A stretch of DNA of 42,158 bases, from positions 1 to 42,158 of the forward strand of contig JAWSUS010000026.1 of the NCBI GenBank assembly GCA_033549025.1. Reading direction: 5' to 3'. This document shows positions 20,196-29,926 of this stretch, piece after piece. The translations under genes were made by a program, and so were the position numbers. Source of the DNA: Desulfuromonadales bacterium. Its GTDB lineage: Bacteria; Desulfobacterota; Desulfuromonadia; Desulfuromonadales; SZUA-540. Each line of letters starts with the position of its first letter. The stretch's first letter is position 1. The notes below the pieces were generated by a model. It ran no database searches, had not been told where the DNA came from, and saw only the letters and a list, made by a program, of their open reading frames with translations.

Positions 20196-21227
20196 TCAAG
20201 TTTGAAGGAGCGACTCGACGATAATTCTTTCCAAATCCAGTGCGTATTCGAGAGGATCAAGATTGTAATCATCGGAGTAAACGAAACTCGGTTTTTCCTT
20301 ATAGAGATAATGGTGCCAAACAGGTGAAAATTCCGTAATCAGAAACTGTTCGCCGCTGTGTATCAAATCGATATTGAGCCAGCTGGCCTTGAGGACTTTC
20401 CCCAATCGCAACGACAGCTCCAAGGCATCCTGAGGAATTTCGCTCCAGACCCCCGTTCCCCCGCCGTCAATGTTCATTTTCCACATCGCGTTGTTGGCCT
20501 GAAGTCGCCAATGGCCCTCGACCACTCTGTTCCCACCGACAACGGTTTTCAAATCACGATCAATTTTTACGAATCGCTGTGCCAGTAAAGGCGGGGAAAG
20601 GAAAGGATAGGGCACTCTCTTCGCCTTGATGGTGTGATACCAAAAGAGTCGACTGGCCATCATGCTTCCAAAGTGCTTGAGAGCCTGCACATTGAATAAA
20701 TGCATTTGGGACAAGCAAAAGTATTTATCCAGATCTTTTCGATTTTCTATCTTGAATACAGAACCACCGCCGGCACCGTAACGGTTTTTGAGTATCATCG
20801 GGTAGCCGAATGATTCCTCTGCAGCATTAACATCATCAATGCTGTGAAGGGGTAGTGTGTCGGGGATCGGGAAATGGTTTTTCTTCAGAAAAAGGTACTG
20901 ACGATACTTGTCGTTGTAGTATTTGATGATGCCCGGGTCTGGATATATCTGGAGATCGGGGTATTCACTATGCAAAAAGGCGATGTTGTCATAGACCTTG
21001 TACAAGGCCAGCGGATATCCTGAAGAGTTTTCAAACGACGGATAGTAAATGGCAAAATCAACCTGAGAATAGTCAAAGTCAACCCAATCATTCTGGTCAA
21101 AGTCTAAAACCGTACAGTCAACACCATAATGGTCAAGCTTGGTTCGAAACGCTTCAAATCGTTCAGAGGACTTAAAAAGAACAGCCTTCTTTCCTTTTCC
21201 GGAAAACGCAGAGGTTTTCTGATTCAT
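20196..21227 (-). CDS. ATP-grasp (RimK-like) ligase
   Basis: NDK, YPMILK..YGAGG, QRFV..DLK, WKMNIDGGG, IDL...ITEFS. Start moved to ATG 21227 (AGGAGG RBS). Confidence 0.82.
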   Translation of the reverse strand: MNQKTSAFSGKGKKAVLFKSSERFEAFRTKLDHYGVDCTVLDFDQNDWVDFDYSQVDFAIYYPSFENSSGYPLALYKVYDNIAFLHSEYPDLQIYPDPGIIKYYNDKYRQYLFLKKNHFPIPDTLPLHSIDDVNAAEESFGYPMILKNRYGAGGGSVFKIENRKDLDKYFCLSQMHLFNVQALKHFGSMMASRLFWYHTIKAKRVPYPFLSPPLLAQRFVKIDRDLKTVVGGNRVVEGHWRLQANNAMWKMNIDGGGTGVWSEIPQDALELSLRLGKVLKASWLNIDLIHSGEQFLITEFSPVWHHYLYKEKPSFVYSDDYNLDPLEYALDLERIIVESLLQT

Positions 21228-21238
21228 TCCAGCCCTCC

Positions 21239-22387
21239 TTAAAAACGTACAGGTTTCCATGAAGTCGCTTGCTTCTTCCGAAAAAAGTCGATGATGCCCA
21301 TAGTGGCAGCCAGATTGACCAGACTGAAATAATATGGAACGGTGAGCAACCGGTTCTTGCCACCTCTGCTCTCAAAAAGCCAGCCGGCTGCCGCAGCTAT
21401 GAAAAAAGCAACGTACACCACCAAGGCAGCTCGGTATGTAATTTGACCTGACAGAGCCAGACAGGCCAGCAGATGCATAATCACCAGGGGGCCAACGAAC
21501 CATCGCAAAACTTTATGAAAGAAAATCTGCAATGCCAGCGACGGATTTCTTAATGGATTTAACAGCTTTCGATACATGGCGAGTCCGGTGAGGCCCCGCA
21601 GTGTTATTCGCCGACGTGTTTTGAATTCATGGCCTGACTGACGAGTCGGATCTTCATCAACGATGGCATCAGGCTCGAGTACGACCTTTTTCCCCTGCTC
21701 CAACACCAGCAAGGGGGTCAGCAAATCACTGATGGCTTGGGACGCCAGTGGGACATAGAGTTGACGGCGCACGGCGTAAAGAGGGCCGTCGACGCCAATA
21801 AGGGAGCCCATTCGAGATTCAAGCGCTCGAATGGCACCTTCGTAGCGCCAGTACAATCCCTGGCTGCGGGTTGTTAAATTGTCGTCCGTGTTGACAAATC
21901 GCATCCTCCCAGCCACACACCCAACCTGGGGGTCTGCAAAATTTCGGACGATGTTGCGAATTGCGCCGACATTGAGAAACGATGCGGCATCGGTAAAAAC
22001 GAGGATATCTCCTTTAGCGTTAGCAACAAGATCGTTCTGGACAGAGGTCTTTCCCCGATTGATGGGGAAAGGATAAATCTGCACCCGAGAAGAGCTGATA
22101 CGCTGTGCAACCTGAACAGTGTCGTCGGTAGATCCGTCAGAGCCAATCAGAATTTCCATCTTCTCTTCTGGATAATCCAGAGAGAGGGTGTTGATAATTT
22201 TACGCAAGATGTCTTTTTCCTCATTATAGGCGGCGATCAAAATGCTAACCGTTGGCTCAATAATATTTTTATTTACCCGTATCTTCCGAAATCGCGACAG
22301 AAGAACCAACGCCGCCGGGTAAAAAAAATACGTGGCCGAACAGAGGAAAAGAGTTGTCCAGAAGAGAAATGTCAAAAATGTTGTCAC
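21239..22387 (-). CDS. Glycosyltransferase family 2, membrane-bound
   Basis: IAAYNEE, SDGSTD, GK, FTDA, C-terminal TM segments. Confidence 0.92.
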   Translation of the reverse strand: MTTFLTFLFWTTLFLCSATYFFYPAALVLLSRFRKIRVNKNIIEPTVSILIAAYNEEKDILRKIINTLSLDYPEEKMEILIGSDGSTDDTVQVAQRISSSRVQIYPFPINRGKTSVQNDLVANAKGDILVFTDAASFLNVGAIRNIVRNFADPQVGCVAGRMRFVNTDDNLTTRSQGLYWRYEGAIRALESRMGSLIGVDGPLYAVRRQLYVPLASQAISDLLTPLLVLEQGKKVVLEPDAIVDEDPTRQSGHEFKTRRRITLRGLTGLAMYRKLLNPLRNPSLALQIFFHKVLRWFVGPLVIMHLLACLALSGQITYRAALVVYVAFFIAAAAGWLFESRGGKNRLLTVPYYFSLVNLAATMGIIDFFRKKQATSWKPVRF

Positions 22388-22399
22388 GGCGCAAACCTC

Positions 22400-23053
22400 T
22401 TATTCGCTCTTCACATAGGCAAGAAATTCAGGATAAAAGCTTTCGACGAAGCCACTCACACGCTCCCGAGCCTCCTCCGAGGTCAGATCTTTCATCCCAG
22501 TGCTCACTCGTACAAAAGCATTGGACTGACCTTCCCTGAACAGTTTCTTTTTCAGAAGCATTAATTTCTGACTGAAAGGACCTGCCATGGGCTGATCATA
22601 GGCCTGAAACCAATACAACACATATTCTTTGTCAGTATCCCGGCTGGCTGTCAGATCGGAAAAAGCAATCTCCTGAACGGATTTTCCAACGCACTCCATC
22701 CGTCCCGACCCTGGATGACTGATCGTCCACCCCTGACCAGAAAAGCACACGAGGGGAGAATGAGGTGCCCCTGCTTTAGCGGCACTATGGTAAAACCCAA
22801 CGAAAAGGTCTACCACCTGCCCTCCCTTTCGAAAGCTCGAAAAAAAATAATCGTCCAGATCAAGCCCTTGAACATACCGCGAATCCATTTCGATTTGGCG
22901 GACAAGCTCCCAACCAGGGATATGCTCAAGACCTTCAGACAAGGACAGCGACTTACTCCTTGTTTCTCCTGTTCCACGAGCCTGAACACAAAAAGCCGCT
23001 AAAAGGAACAGTATTGAAAGAACCAAATATTTCAAGATGATGGGACGGGCCAT
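22400..23053 (-). CDS. epsI: EpsI-family protein (exosortase-associated)
   Basis: HSPLVCFSGQGW, YWFQ, FVRVS. Directly downstream of the exosortase. Start moved to ATG 23053. Confidence 0.85.
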   Translation of the reverse strand: MARPIILKYLVLSILFLLAAFCVQARGTGETRSKSLSLSEGLEHIPGWELVRQIEMDSRYVQGLDLDDYFFSSFRKGGQVVDLFVGFYHSAAKAGAPHSPLVCFSGQGWTISHPGSGRMECVGKSVQEIAFSDLTASRDTDKEYVLYWFQAYDQPMAGPFSQKLMLLKKKLFREGQSNAFVRVSTGMKDLTSEEARERVSGFVESFYPEFLAYVKSE

Positions 23054-23889
23054 AGGGACACCAACCTTTGGGCCAAACATAGTAATCCTAGCGAAAGAAT
23101 AAAAAGCACCATTCCATAAAACGTGTGCCACACCCCGGTAAGCAGATCGATCCTGAACCAATACGAAGCCAGAATGATTCCGAAGATTCGCAGGGTATTG
23201 ACGGCCACCGCGATGGGCAAGCCGAGCATAAAGAGAATCCAGCGAAGGCTATTTTTTTGGAGCGTAAAATAGCCAAAAATAGCGGCTAAAAAGAGTAGTG
23301 AAAGAATCGACCTCATGCCGCTGCAAGCTTGAACAACCTGGAGTGTCTGCTCAGGGAGGTGAATGATGTTGCCCTCGCGAAACAAGGGAATTCCTGTCTG
23401 AGAAGCAAGAAATACAGCGCCTTTGGTGACTATTAATTGGAGAGGGTGAGTTAGAAGCGTGTAGATTTGGGCCGGAAACGGGACCATAAAAAACAACAGG
23501 CTTAGAGGAAGACAAAGAGTCCTCCCCCCCTGAGGCCCTAGAAATACCAGGACAAGCCCTGTGACTGTCAGTATAAGACTCAGGGCGGACAGGGTAAAAA
23601 CTCCTGCCCAGAATGAAAATACATGCAAAACAAGAGAAAACCCGACCAGGACCACTCCTGGGACCCATTTCGTGTCAGTTGCCAGGAGTTCAAGCAAACG
23701 CTCTTTTTTTTTGAAAGCGATGTACAGGCAAACCGGCACAACCAGAAAACCATGAGAGTAGTCCTCGGAATGCATCCAAGTATTCCAAAGACCACTCAGA
23801 ACAGGCCAATACACCAGGATAAATCCCGAAGCAATTGCCAATGGGCCCCCTACCCAAATAATTTTTTTATAATCCCGAGCAATTGCCAT
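23032..23889 (-). CDS. xrtA: Exosortase (EpsH/XrtA-like transpeptidase)
   Basis: YSHG, VP.P, VQACSG (catalytic Cys), NTLR (Arg), WH (His), multiple TMs. Start 23889 or 23901. Subfamily assigned from gene context. Confidence 0.88.
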   Translation of the reverse strand: MAIARDYKKIIWVGGPLAIASGFILVYWPVLSGLWNTWMHSEDYSHGFLVVPVCLYIAFKKKERLLELLATDTKWVPGVVLVGFSLVLHVFSFWAGVFTLSALSLILTVTGLVLVFLGPQGGRTLCLPLSLLFFMVPFPAQIYTLLTHPLQLIVTKGAVFLASQTGIPLFREGNIIHLPEQTLQVVQACSGMRSILSLLFLAAIFGYFTLQKNSLRWILFMLGLPIAVAVNTLRIFGIILASYWFRIDLLTGVWHTFYGMVLFILSLGLLCLAQRLVSLWPVPSS

Positions 23890-23914
23890 TAGACAATCCA
23901 TTATGGAATAAAAA

Positions 23915-24805
23915 TCAAGCAGCAACGCTGAGATAATCAGCGCAGCTTCCGAAGCGACAATCTTTAAAAGATTGAATAAATGTCTGCAGTTTGACTGCTG
24001 TCCGGTTGAGATTGACGTAATGCCTGAAACGGTGCGAAAGGGATATATCTGAAACTCGAGGTTGTTCTGGATCAAGTTCCCAGGGGTGGAGATAAAACAC
24101 AACGGCATCATTCTTTTTTAGTAGATGACGAACGCCTTGCGTGTATAAGCGGGTTGGCAGAAGACGGAAATATCCTCCGCCCCCCCATGGCAGTACATAG
24201 CGGCCTAAATGGATATTGCTGACCGGAATTTCATAGAAATTTTCTGAGACCCGATAAGCTATTCCCCTTTTAGGCAAATCTGAAAGATCAAGATCCCCGT
24301 AGCGGCTGTTCAATGAAAAAGAGTTGTAGCTCGAATCGTATAAATAACCACACTCCTGAACAAGGTTCAAAACCTCACCGTTAATTGAAAAACTCGGGGC
24401 CCGGTATCCCGTAACCGCACCTCCGATAATATCTTCAAGGAGCTTTCTGCTTGAGACCAGATCGTTTCTAAGACATTCCCTGTCTTCATTAAAACAAAGG
24501 TTGTGATAGAACCCATGGGAAGCAATCTCGTAACCTCGACAATGTATCTCACGAACAAGATCGGGCCTTTTTGCGGCAACCCAGCCGAGCACAAAAAAAG
24601 TTGCCTGCCCCTCCGATCCGTTTTTTTCATGACGGAACCCGCAGGAATCCATCAGGTCAAGAAGGGTATGTAGATTTTTGTCTACGCGTAAGGCATGACT
24701 GTTCCATTCACGGAACGAGATGCATCCCTTAAAGTTCTCCACCTGAAACCAGTCTTCCACGTCGACGGTCAGGAGTATTTTCTTGCTCTGTGACGATGTC
24801 ACCAT
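23915..24805 (-). CDS. XrtA-system polysaccharide deacetylase
   Basis: TVDVEDWF, ATFFVLG, EIASHG, GYRAPSFS, GGGYFR, YLHPWE. Start moved to ATG 24805. Confidence 0.9.
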   Translation of the reverse strand: MVTSSQSKKILLTVDVEDWFQVENFKGCISFREWNSHALRVDKNLHTLLDLMDSCGFRHEKNGSEGQATFFVLGWVAAKRPDLVREIHCRGYEIASHGFYHNLCFNEDRECLRNDLVSSRKLLEDIIGGAVTGYRAPSFSINGEVLNLVQECGYLYDSSYNSFSLNSRYGDLDLSDLPKRGIAYRVSENFYEIPVSNIHLGRYVLPWGGGGYFRLLPTRLYTQGVRHLLKKNDAVVFYLHPWELDPEQPRVSDISLSHRFRHYVNLNRTAVKLQTFIQSFKDCRFGSCADYLSVAA

Positions 24806-26370
24806 CCCTTTCCTCCGTCGATTTGATAAAACATGGCCAGACATTTTTCCCTATCGATTTTTCCGCTAGCGTGCTTGGGTATCGCCGGAACGAAATGAAT
24901 CGGCTCAGGGAGTTTATGTCGCGGTAGTCGGGCGATGCATTGCCCTAGCAAATCGTTTTGATTAAGGGCTTTGTTTGAGGGAACTGCAAGCGCCACAAGC
25001 TTGTGCCCCAAAAAGGCATCGGGAATCCCCAGAACGGCAACTTCAATCAACAGACGACTGGCCAGAAGCGTATCCTCAATTTCAAGAGGATTGATCCGAT
25101 GCCCTCCAACTTTGAGCAGGGAATCCTTCCTGCCAACGGCAAAAAAATAGCCGTCCTCATCGCGATAACCTAGATCGCCGGTGTGGTATCCCTGTTGGGT
25201 CAGTGCTTTGGCCGTTGATTGCGGGTCGCGCCAGTATCCCTTCATGATATTGGCCCCCGATGCCACGATTTCACCCACCTCGCCCACAGGCAGCTCCTGA
25301 CCGTTTTCATCCAGAACTTTCATTGAAACACCGGGGATGGGCCGTCCGATGGAGTCCATTTTTTCTCGCAGACGTTCCGGCTCGACGTAGGAGAGTCGTG
25401 CGGACGCTTCGGTGGCGCCGTACATGATGAAAAGCCGCGTCTTTTCCGGAAGAATCTCCAAAAGTTCATGTTTCAGGGAAGAGGCCATATGTCCACCTGC
25501 CTGCGAACAGTAACGAAGTGCCTGGAGTTTATCCCGTGAAGCTTTAAATGGAGAGCGATACAGCAGATAGGCGTAGGTGGAGGGCACGCCGGAGAAACCG
25601 GTCACCTTTTCTTCGATCATCTGCTGCACGACCTGGGCGGGAAACGCGAAACGGTTATTGATAACCACCTTCCCTCCAACGGCAACGTGGGTGTTGAGAA
25701 GGGATTTGCCCATGACATAGAAGAAGGGAAGCACCACCATCTGGACGTCGTCAGCGGTCAGTTCCAGGTATTCGACAATCGAGTGGACATTGGCCAGGAT
25801 ATTCCGGTGAGTCAGCATTACCCCCTTGGGTTTGCCGGTTGAACCGGAGGTCAGTATGATGCTGGCAACGTCTTCGGGATTTATTTCTAATGCCAAGTTG
25901 TCGGACTGCATCTCGCTGTCGATTTCCGACCAAGGAAATATCGTCAGGGCCTCAGCAGATGTTCTCTTATGCTGGTCAACGATGACCAAGGATTCTACGC
26001 CGAAGGTTGCAGGCGCCGTAGGCAATATCTGTTTCAGGAATCGATTGCGGGTGATGATAAGTTTTGGCTCAATGGTTTCAAGAAGCGGCCGGATCCCCTC
26101 TGCCGGAAGATCGCTATTCATCGGAACAGCCACAGCCCCGACCTTGAGGATGGCGTAGTAACTGACTATATATTCCAGGCTGTTTTCCAAAAAGATAACG
26201 ATCCTGTCCCCTGCGTTTACGCTCTGCCGAATAAGCCAACGGGCTGCTTTATTGGTCAAGGCATTAAGCACGCTGTATTGAAAGCGCTGCTCGCCATAGA
26301 CCACTGCTTCCTTTTTAGGAAAGCGGGCGGCGGACATCTCAAGTAATTGATGAACGCAAGTCGTATCCAC
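24799..26370 (-). CDS. Class I adenylate-forming acyl-CoA/acyl-ACP ligase
   Basis: TSGSTGKPKG, YGATE, TGD, GR.D, SGK. Confidence 0.9.
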   Translation of the reverse strand: MDTTCVHQLLEMSAARFPKKEAVVYGEQRFQYSVLNALTNKAARWLIRQSVNAGDRIVIFLENSLEYIVSYYAILKVGAVAVPMNSDLPAEGIRPLLETIEPKLIITRNRFLKQILPTAPATFGVESLVIVDQHKRTSAEALTIFPWSEIDSEMQSDNLALEINPEDVASIILTSGSTGKPKGVMLTHRNILANVHSIVEYLELTADDVQMVVLPFFYVMGKSLLNTHVAVGGKVVINNRFAFPAQVVQQMIEEKVTGFSGVPSTYAYLLYRSPFKASRDKLQALRYCSQAGGHMASSLKHELLEILPEKTRLFIMYGATEASARLSYVEPERLREKMDSIGRPIPGVSMKVLDENGQELPVGEVGEIVASGANIMKGYWRDPQSTAKALTQQGYHTGDLGYRDEDGYFFAVGRKDSLLKVGGHRINPLEIEDTLLASRLLIEVAVLGIPDAFLGHKLVALAVPSNKALNQNDLLGQCIARLPRHKLPEPIHFVPAIPKHASGKIDREKCLAMFYQIDGGKGW

Positions 26371-26385
26371 ATCCGTATCCAGTAA

Positions 26386-26673
26386 TCAACTACCTGAAAC
26401 AGCAGTTTGAGAACCTGCCCCGCCCTGCGACAACTTTCTGGTCAGATAGTTGAAGATGTTATTGATTGAGTCGAGGTTTTCGGGGAGCATCTCTTCGTCT
26501 TCCACTGTGACAGAAAAGTAATCCCCCATAAATTCAATTAGTTCAAGAATCCCCGTTGAATCGACAATGCCCGAATCCAGCAGAGAGGTTTCTTCATTTA
26601 AACCCTGGCCATCTCCAAAGAGAAAGTTTTCTACGATGAATTTTCGTATTTGATCCTTCATTTGACCCTCCAT
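26386..26673 (-). CDS. Acyl carrier protein
   Basis: GIVDSTG phosphopantetheine site, acidic, GAGG RBS. Confidence 0.9.
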   Translation of the reverse strand: MEGQMKDQIRKFIVENFLFGDGQGLNEETSLLDSGIVDSTGILELIEFMGDYFSVTVEDEEMLPENLDSINNIFNYLTRKLSQGGAGSQTAVSGS

Positions 26674-26699
26674 TTTTTGACCTCACTTCTTTTTAAAGA

Positions 26700-26715
26700 A
26701 GCAAGCCACATGCCA
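26700..26715 (-). promoter_or_regulatory. Internal sigma-54 promoter upstream of ACP
   Basis: Minus strand TGGCATGTGGCTTGCT in a ~200-bp intergenic gap. IHF-like CAAGCCATTG at 26721-26730. Confidence 0.85.
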
Positions 26716-26765
26716 CTATCCAAGCCATTGTTTTTGTATGGTTTTGTAGAAAGTTTACCGGCTTC

Positions 26766-26866
26766 TGTATCGCTTAGACACATCCAGTCAGCAGATTCTG
26801 TATCCCTTCGAAACAAGTCATTTAACGTGCTGAAATCACACAAACTGATTGTGTCTTTTGGATACA
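26766..26866. promoter_or_regulatory. Three predicted enhancer-binding-protein boxes
   Basis: TGTATCGCTTAGACACA (26766-26782), TGTATCCCTTCGAAACA (26799-26815), TGTGTCTTTTGGATACA (26850-26866). Confidence 0.8.
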
Positions 26867-26870
26867 ACAA

Positions 26871-27866
26871 TCACAAAGTGGGCAGGTTGATTTTCTCGAT
26901 CAACAATCCAGGCAGATGGAGGTATCTGGTGGTATTACGCTTGGTGTCGATATCACGGTAAACATGGGCTACCTGCTCAGGTGTCAAACCAATTTCAGCC
27001 GCTACGGCTTCTGTGGAGACGTTATGATTTTTTCCGAATAGGCACAGATCCATCAATTCATAGGGAAGCGAGAAGTAAAACTCGTCCTGACCCTGTGGCA
27101 GGGAATAGGTATCCGTGGTGGGTGGTCTTCGACGTATTTCTTCTGGAACATTCAGATATTCTGCAAGTTGATACACCTGTGTTTTGTAAAGATGCGCTAT
27201 AGGTTTGATGTCGGCGGCACCGTCCCCCAATTTAACGAAAAAGCCTTGATCATATTCGAGGCGATTCGGGGTCCCTGCAACGGCATAGTTCAAACGATCG
27301 GCATGATAATATTCAAGCATTTTACGGATTCGTTGTTTAAAGTTTGTGGCAGCAACAATGCTGAGATAAGTCTTCAGGGGTAGGGTTTGTTTTTCAGTTT
27401 CGCCTTCGGGGCTCTGAGCTACGATGGAAAAAAGGCTGAAACCTTGATTTTCCGTCACACTCGAAGTGACGATCTTCGATTTCCAGTCCTCCCCGTATTG
27501 AGGTATAACCGTACGGACCGCCTCATCGTAACGGCTGTAAAAACCAACGGCTTCCAGGATTTTTGAGATATCCTCATGAAGGCTCGGCATTTTGTAAGTA
27601 GAAATGATCAGGCTGCTAAGGTCCAAAGTGTCATCTGCGGAGTGTTTTTCTGGCATCTGCAAAGCAAAGACCTTTGATGCGCCTATTGCCCTGACCGCAA
27701 GAGCGGCCGTAACGCTGCTGTCGATTCCTCCAGAAATACCGACGACAACCCCTCTTTTTTTAACGTGGTTTTTGAGCATATCACGCAGACTGGAAGTAAT
27801 TTTTTCAGTCTCTGCAACGACATCGATATCAAGCACACTTTTGGAAAACTGCTCGTTCATCAACAC
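26871..27866 (-). CDS. nadE: NAD(+) synthase-like protein (NH3-dependent type, no glutaminase domain)
   Basis: GISGGIDSS, NFKQRIR, GTPN..E...GFFVK.GDG, LYKTQV, PTTD. Confidence 0.85.
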   Translation of the reverse strand: MLMNEQFSKSVLDIDVVAETEKITSSLRDMLKNHVKKRGVVVGISGGIDSSVTAALAVRAIGASKVFALQMPEKHSADDTLDLSSLIISTYKMPSLHEDISKILEAVGFYSRYDEAVRTVIPQYGEDWKSKIVTSSVTENQGFSLFSIVAQSPEGETEKQTLPLKTYLSIVAATNFKQRIRKMLEYYHADRLNYAVAGTPNRLEYDQGFFVKLGDGAADIKPIAHLYKTQVYQLAEYLNVPEEIRRRPPTTDTYSLPQGQDEFYFSLPYELMDLCLFGKNHNVSTEAVAAEIGLTPEQVAHVYRDIDTKRNTTRYLHLPGLLIEKINLPTL

Positions 27867-27896
27867 CTCACAATAGAATTGAAACTCATTTAATAT

Positions 27897-29885
27897 TCAA
27901 CCACCCACCACTTTTCGGCATACGATTCGTGAGGGCTTTTTTATTTCGCTATCACAGAATTGGTCATTACCGATAAATTGTTGATCTATCATATGGGTTG
28001 TGAGTATGGCCATTAGTGCCATATTTTGGGATTCGCTCGGAATGTTTTCGCATTTTCTGCACTTATCGACCAGATTGCGAACCTTAAGAGGATCGAAGTA
28101 GCCACTTCTGGCCACCTTTTCGAAGGAGAGAAATTCCTCCATGTAATCGTTCCCGCGAGAAGAAAAGAAACTTTGATGGATCGGTGCTCTATAAGGTTGT
28201 TTAGGCCTGGTCAGAATTTCTCCAGGAAGGATGTCGGCAAAGGCTTTCTTAAGAATATATTTCTCGTTAAGGCCCTTTATTTTCCAGTGCGATGGAAGGC
28301 GCATTGAAAAATCAATCAGCCGGTAATCAAGAAATGGCAGTCGTAATTCGATGGAGTTCCCCATGCCGACCCTGTCACCCTGGCTCGATAGGAGGTAATT
28401 GCTTAAAAACAGTTGTATTTCAAGATATTGGGCTCGTGACATCAGGTCTCTTTTATTGAAATCATCCGGAAGAGTTTCGGCTAAGGCATGAATCGGATCG
28501 TAGTCTGCCAGGCAAGCCTGTGCTTCTTTAGAGAGGAACTTAAGGTTTTTCGAACCACCATCCCAACGCACCCTGTGCGAAAAAAAGGGATCCAGTGCCG
28601 ATTCACCTTGAACACCAAAAAATTTTTCTAGAAGAAATTTTGTTCGGCTCGGATTCGTGAATATATAAGGATATAGACGCTGCAGGAGCAAAGGTCGCGA
28701 TCGGGAATCCCGTTCTTTCGCCCAGAAGGCTCTAACCTTGGCTTCTTTAAAAATATTGTAGCCACCGAATATCTCGTCTGCTCCCTCGCCAGTAAGGACA
28801 ACCTTAAAGCCATTTTCCCTTACGAGACCGGACAAAAGGAAAAGTGGCACCGGCCCCATACGTAGAAGCGGTTTTTCACTGTGCCATACCACTTTAGGTA
28901 ACAAAGCCCGAATATGATCATTTCGTGCAAGTATTTGGCGATGATCGGTTTTGAGAGACTCCACCATTTGGGTTTGATAGATCGTCTCATCAAAGGCCTT
29001 TTCTTCAAAACTAAGGGAAAAAGTTCTGAGATCGTTGTTGAAATGTCCTGAGATAAGACTGGTTATAATCGATGAATCAAGTCCTCCGCTAAGATAAGCA
29101 CCTACCGGCACATCCGCACGAAGTCGTAACCGGATGGCATCCTTAAGGAGATAAGACAATTCTTCGCATGCCTCTTCCTCAGTCCCCATCCAGCGTTCTT
29201 CCTGAGGATAGTATGGCAGTTCCCAATAAGGTTTCGGTTTTTCCGCTCCCGCACCGAGGGTTAGATAATGCCCAGGAGGAAGCTCCTTTATGCCTTTAAA
29301 AACTGATTGGTGATTTAGTGTCGTCCAAAAGGTAAAAACTTGGCTCAAGGCCGTCAATTCCAACTCTCGAGGGACTTGGGGACAGGCAAAAATCGCCTTG
29401 ATTTCAGAGGCGAAGAAAAACCGGCCGTTAACCTGACAATAAAAAAGAGGCCTAATGCCGACTCTGTCTCGCGCTAAAAAAAGTGTGTGATTTTTACTGT
29501 TCCATATGGCTAAGGCAAACTGCCCGTTTATTTTTTCCAGGCATGAAGGTCCGTATTCTTCAAAAAGATGCAACACTACCTCTGTATCCGTTGTTGTGCG
29601 AAAGCGGTGCCCTTTTTGAACCAACCCTGCCTTAAGCTCTAGATAATTAAAGGCTTCTCCATTATAAACAATCCACAAGGAGCCATCTTCATTGCTCATG
29701 GGCTGGCTGCCGTCGTCAAGCCCAATAATACTTAGCCGTGTGTGACCGAGAGCTATTTTCGAATCAAGGTAAATTCCACTTTCATCCGGACCTCTGTGGT
29801 TCAGCATGGACACCATGCTCTGAATTTCGTTCTGCTCAATATCGGCAGACTCCGTTTGTTTAAAAATCCCCGCGATACCGCACAT
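27897..29885 (-). CDS. asnB: Asparagine synthase (glutamine-hydrolysing)-family amidotransferase
   Basis: MCGIAG, HRGPD, NGE, LSGGLDSS, GEGADE. Confidence 0.93.
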   Translation of the reverse strand: MCGIAGIFKQTESADIEQNEIQSMVSMLNHRGPDESGIYLDSKIALGHTRLSIIGLDDGSQPMSNEDGSLWIVYNGEAFNYLELKAGLVQKGHRFRTTTDTEVVLHLFEEYGPSCLEKINGQFALAIWNSKNHTLFLARDRVGIRPLFYCQVNGRFFFASEIKAIFACPQVPRELELTALSQVFTFWTTLNHQSVFKGIKELPPGHYLTLGAGAEKPKPYWELPYYPQEERWMGTEEEACEELSYLLKDAIRLRLRADVPVGAYLSGGLDSSIITSLISGHFNNDLRTFSLSFEEKAFDETIYQTQMVESLKTDHRQILARNDHIRALLPKVVWHSEKPLLRMGPVPLFLLSGLVRENGFKVVLTGEGADEIFGGYNIFKEAKVRAFWAKERDSRSRPLLLQRLYPYIFTNPSRTKFLLEKFFGVQGESALDPFFSHRVRWDGGSKNLKFLSKEAQACLADYDPIHALAETLPDDFNKRDLMSRAQYLEIQLFLSNYLLSSQGDRVGMGNSIELRLPFLDYRLIDFSMRLPSHWKIKGLNEKYILKKAFADILPGEILTRPKQPYRAPIHQSFFSSRGNDYMEEFLSFEKVARSGYFDPLKVRNLVDKCRKCENIPSESQNMALMAILTTHMIDQQFIGNDQFCDSEIKKPSRIVCRKVVGG

Positions 29886-29926
29886 TGCAATAATTCACCT
29901 TATTGTCGATTGAATTGCCCTTAAAA

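Noticed and set aside
23524..23530. C7 tract in the exosortase gene, and T9 at 11297-11305, as phase-variation sites
   Set aside because: Short tracts in intact frames, expected by chance at this composition.
26658..26870. 70-aa minus-strand ORF between nadE and ACP
   Set aside because: TTG start without a clear RBS and no recognisable motif. It overlies the sigma-54 promoter and enhancer boxes, and its apparent internal repeats (DTES/DTEA) derive from the DNA boxes.
29886..29901. GG-N10-GC (AGGTGAATTATTTGCA) upstream of asnB
   Set aside because: It abuts the start codon and coincides with the RBS, leaving no room for a transcript leader. The -24 match is poor.
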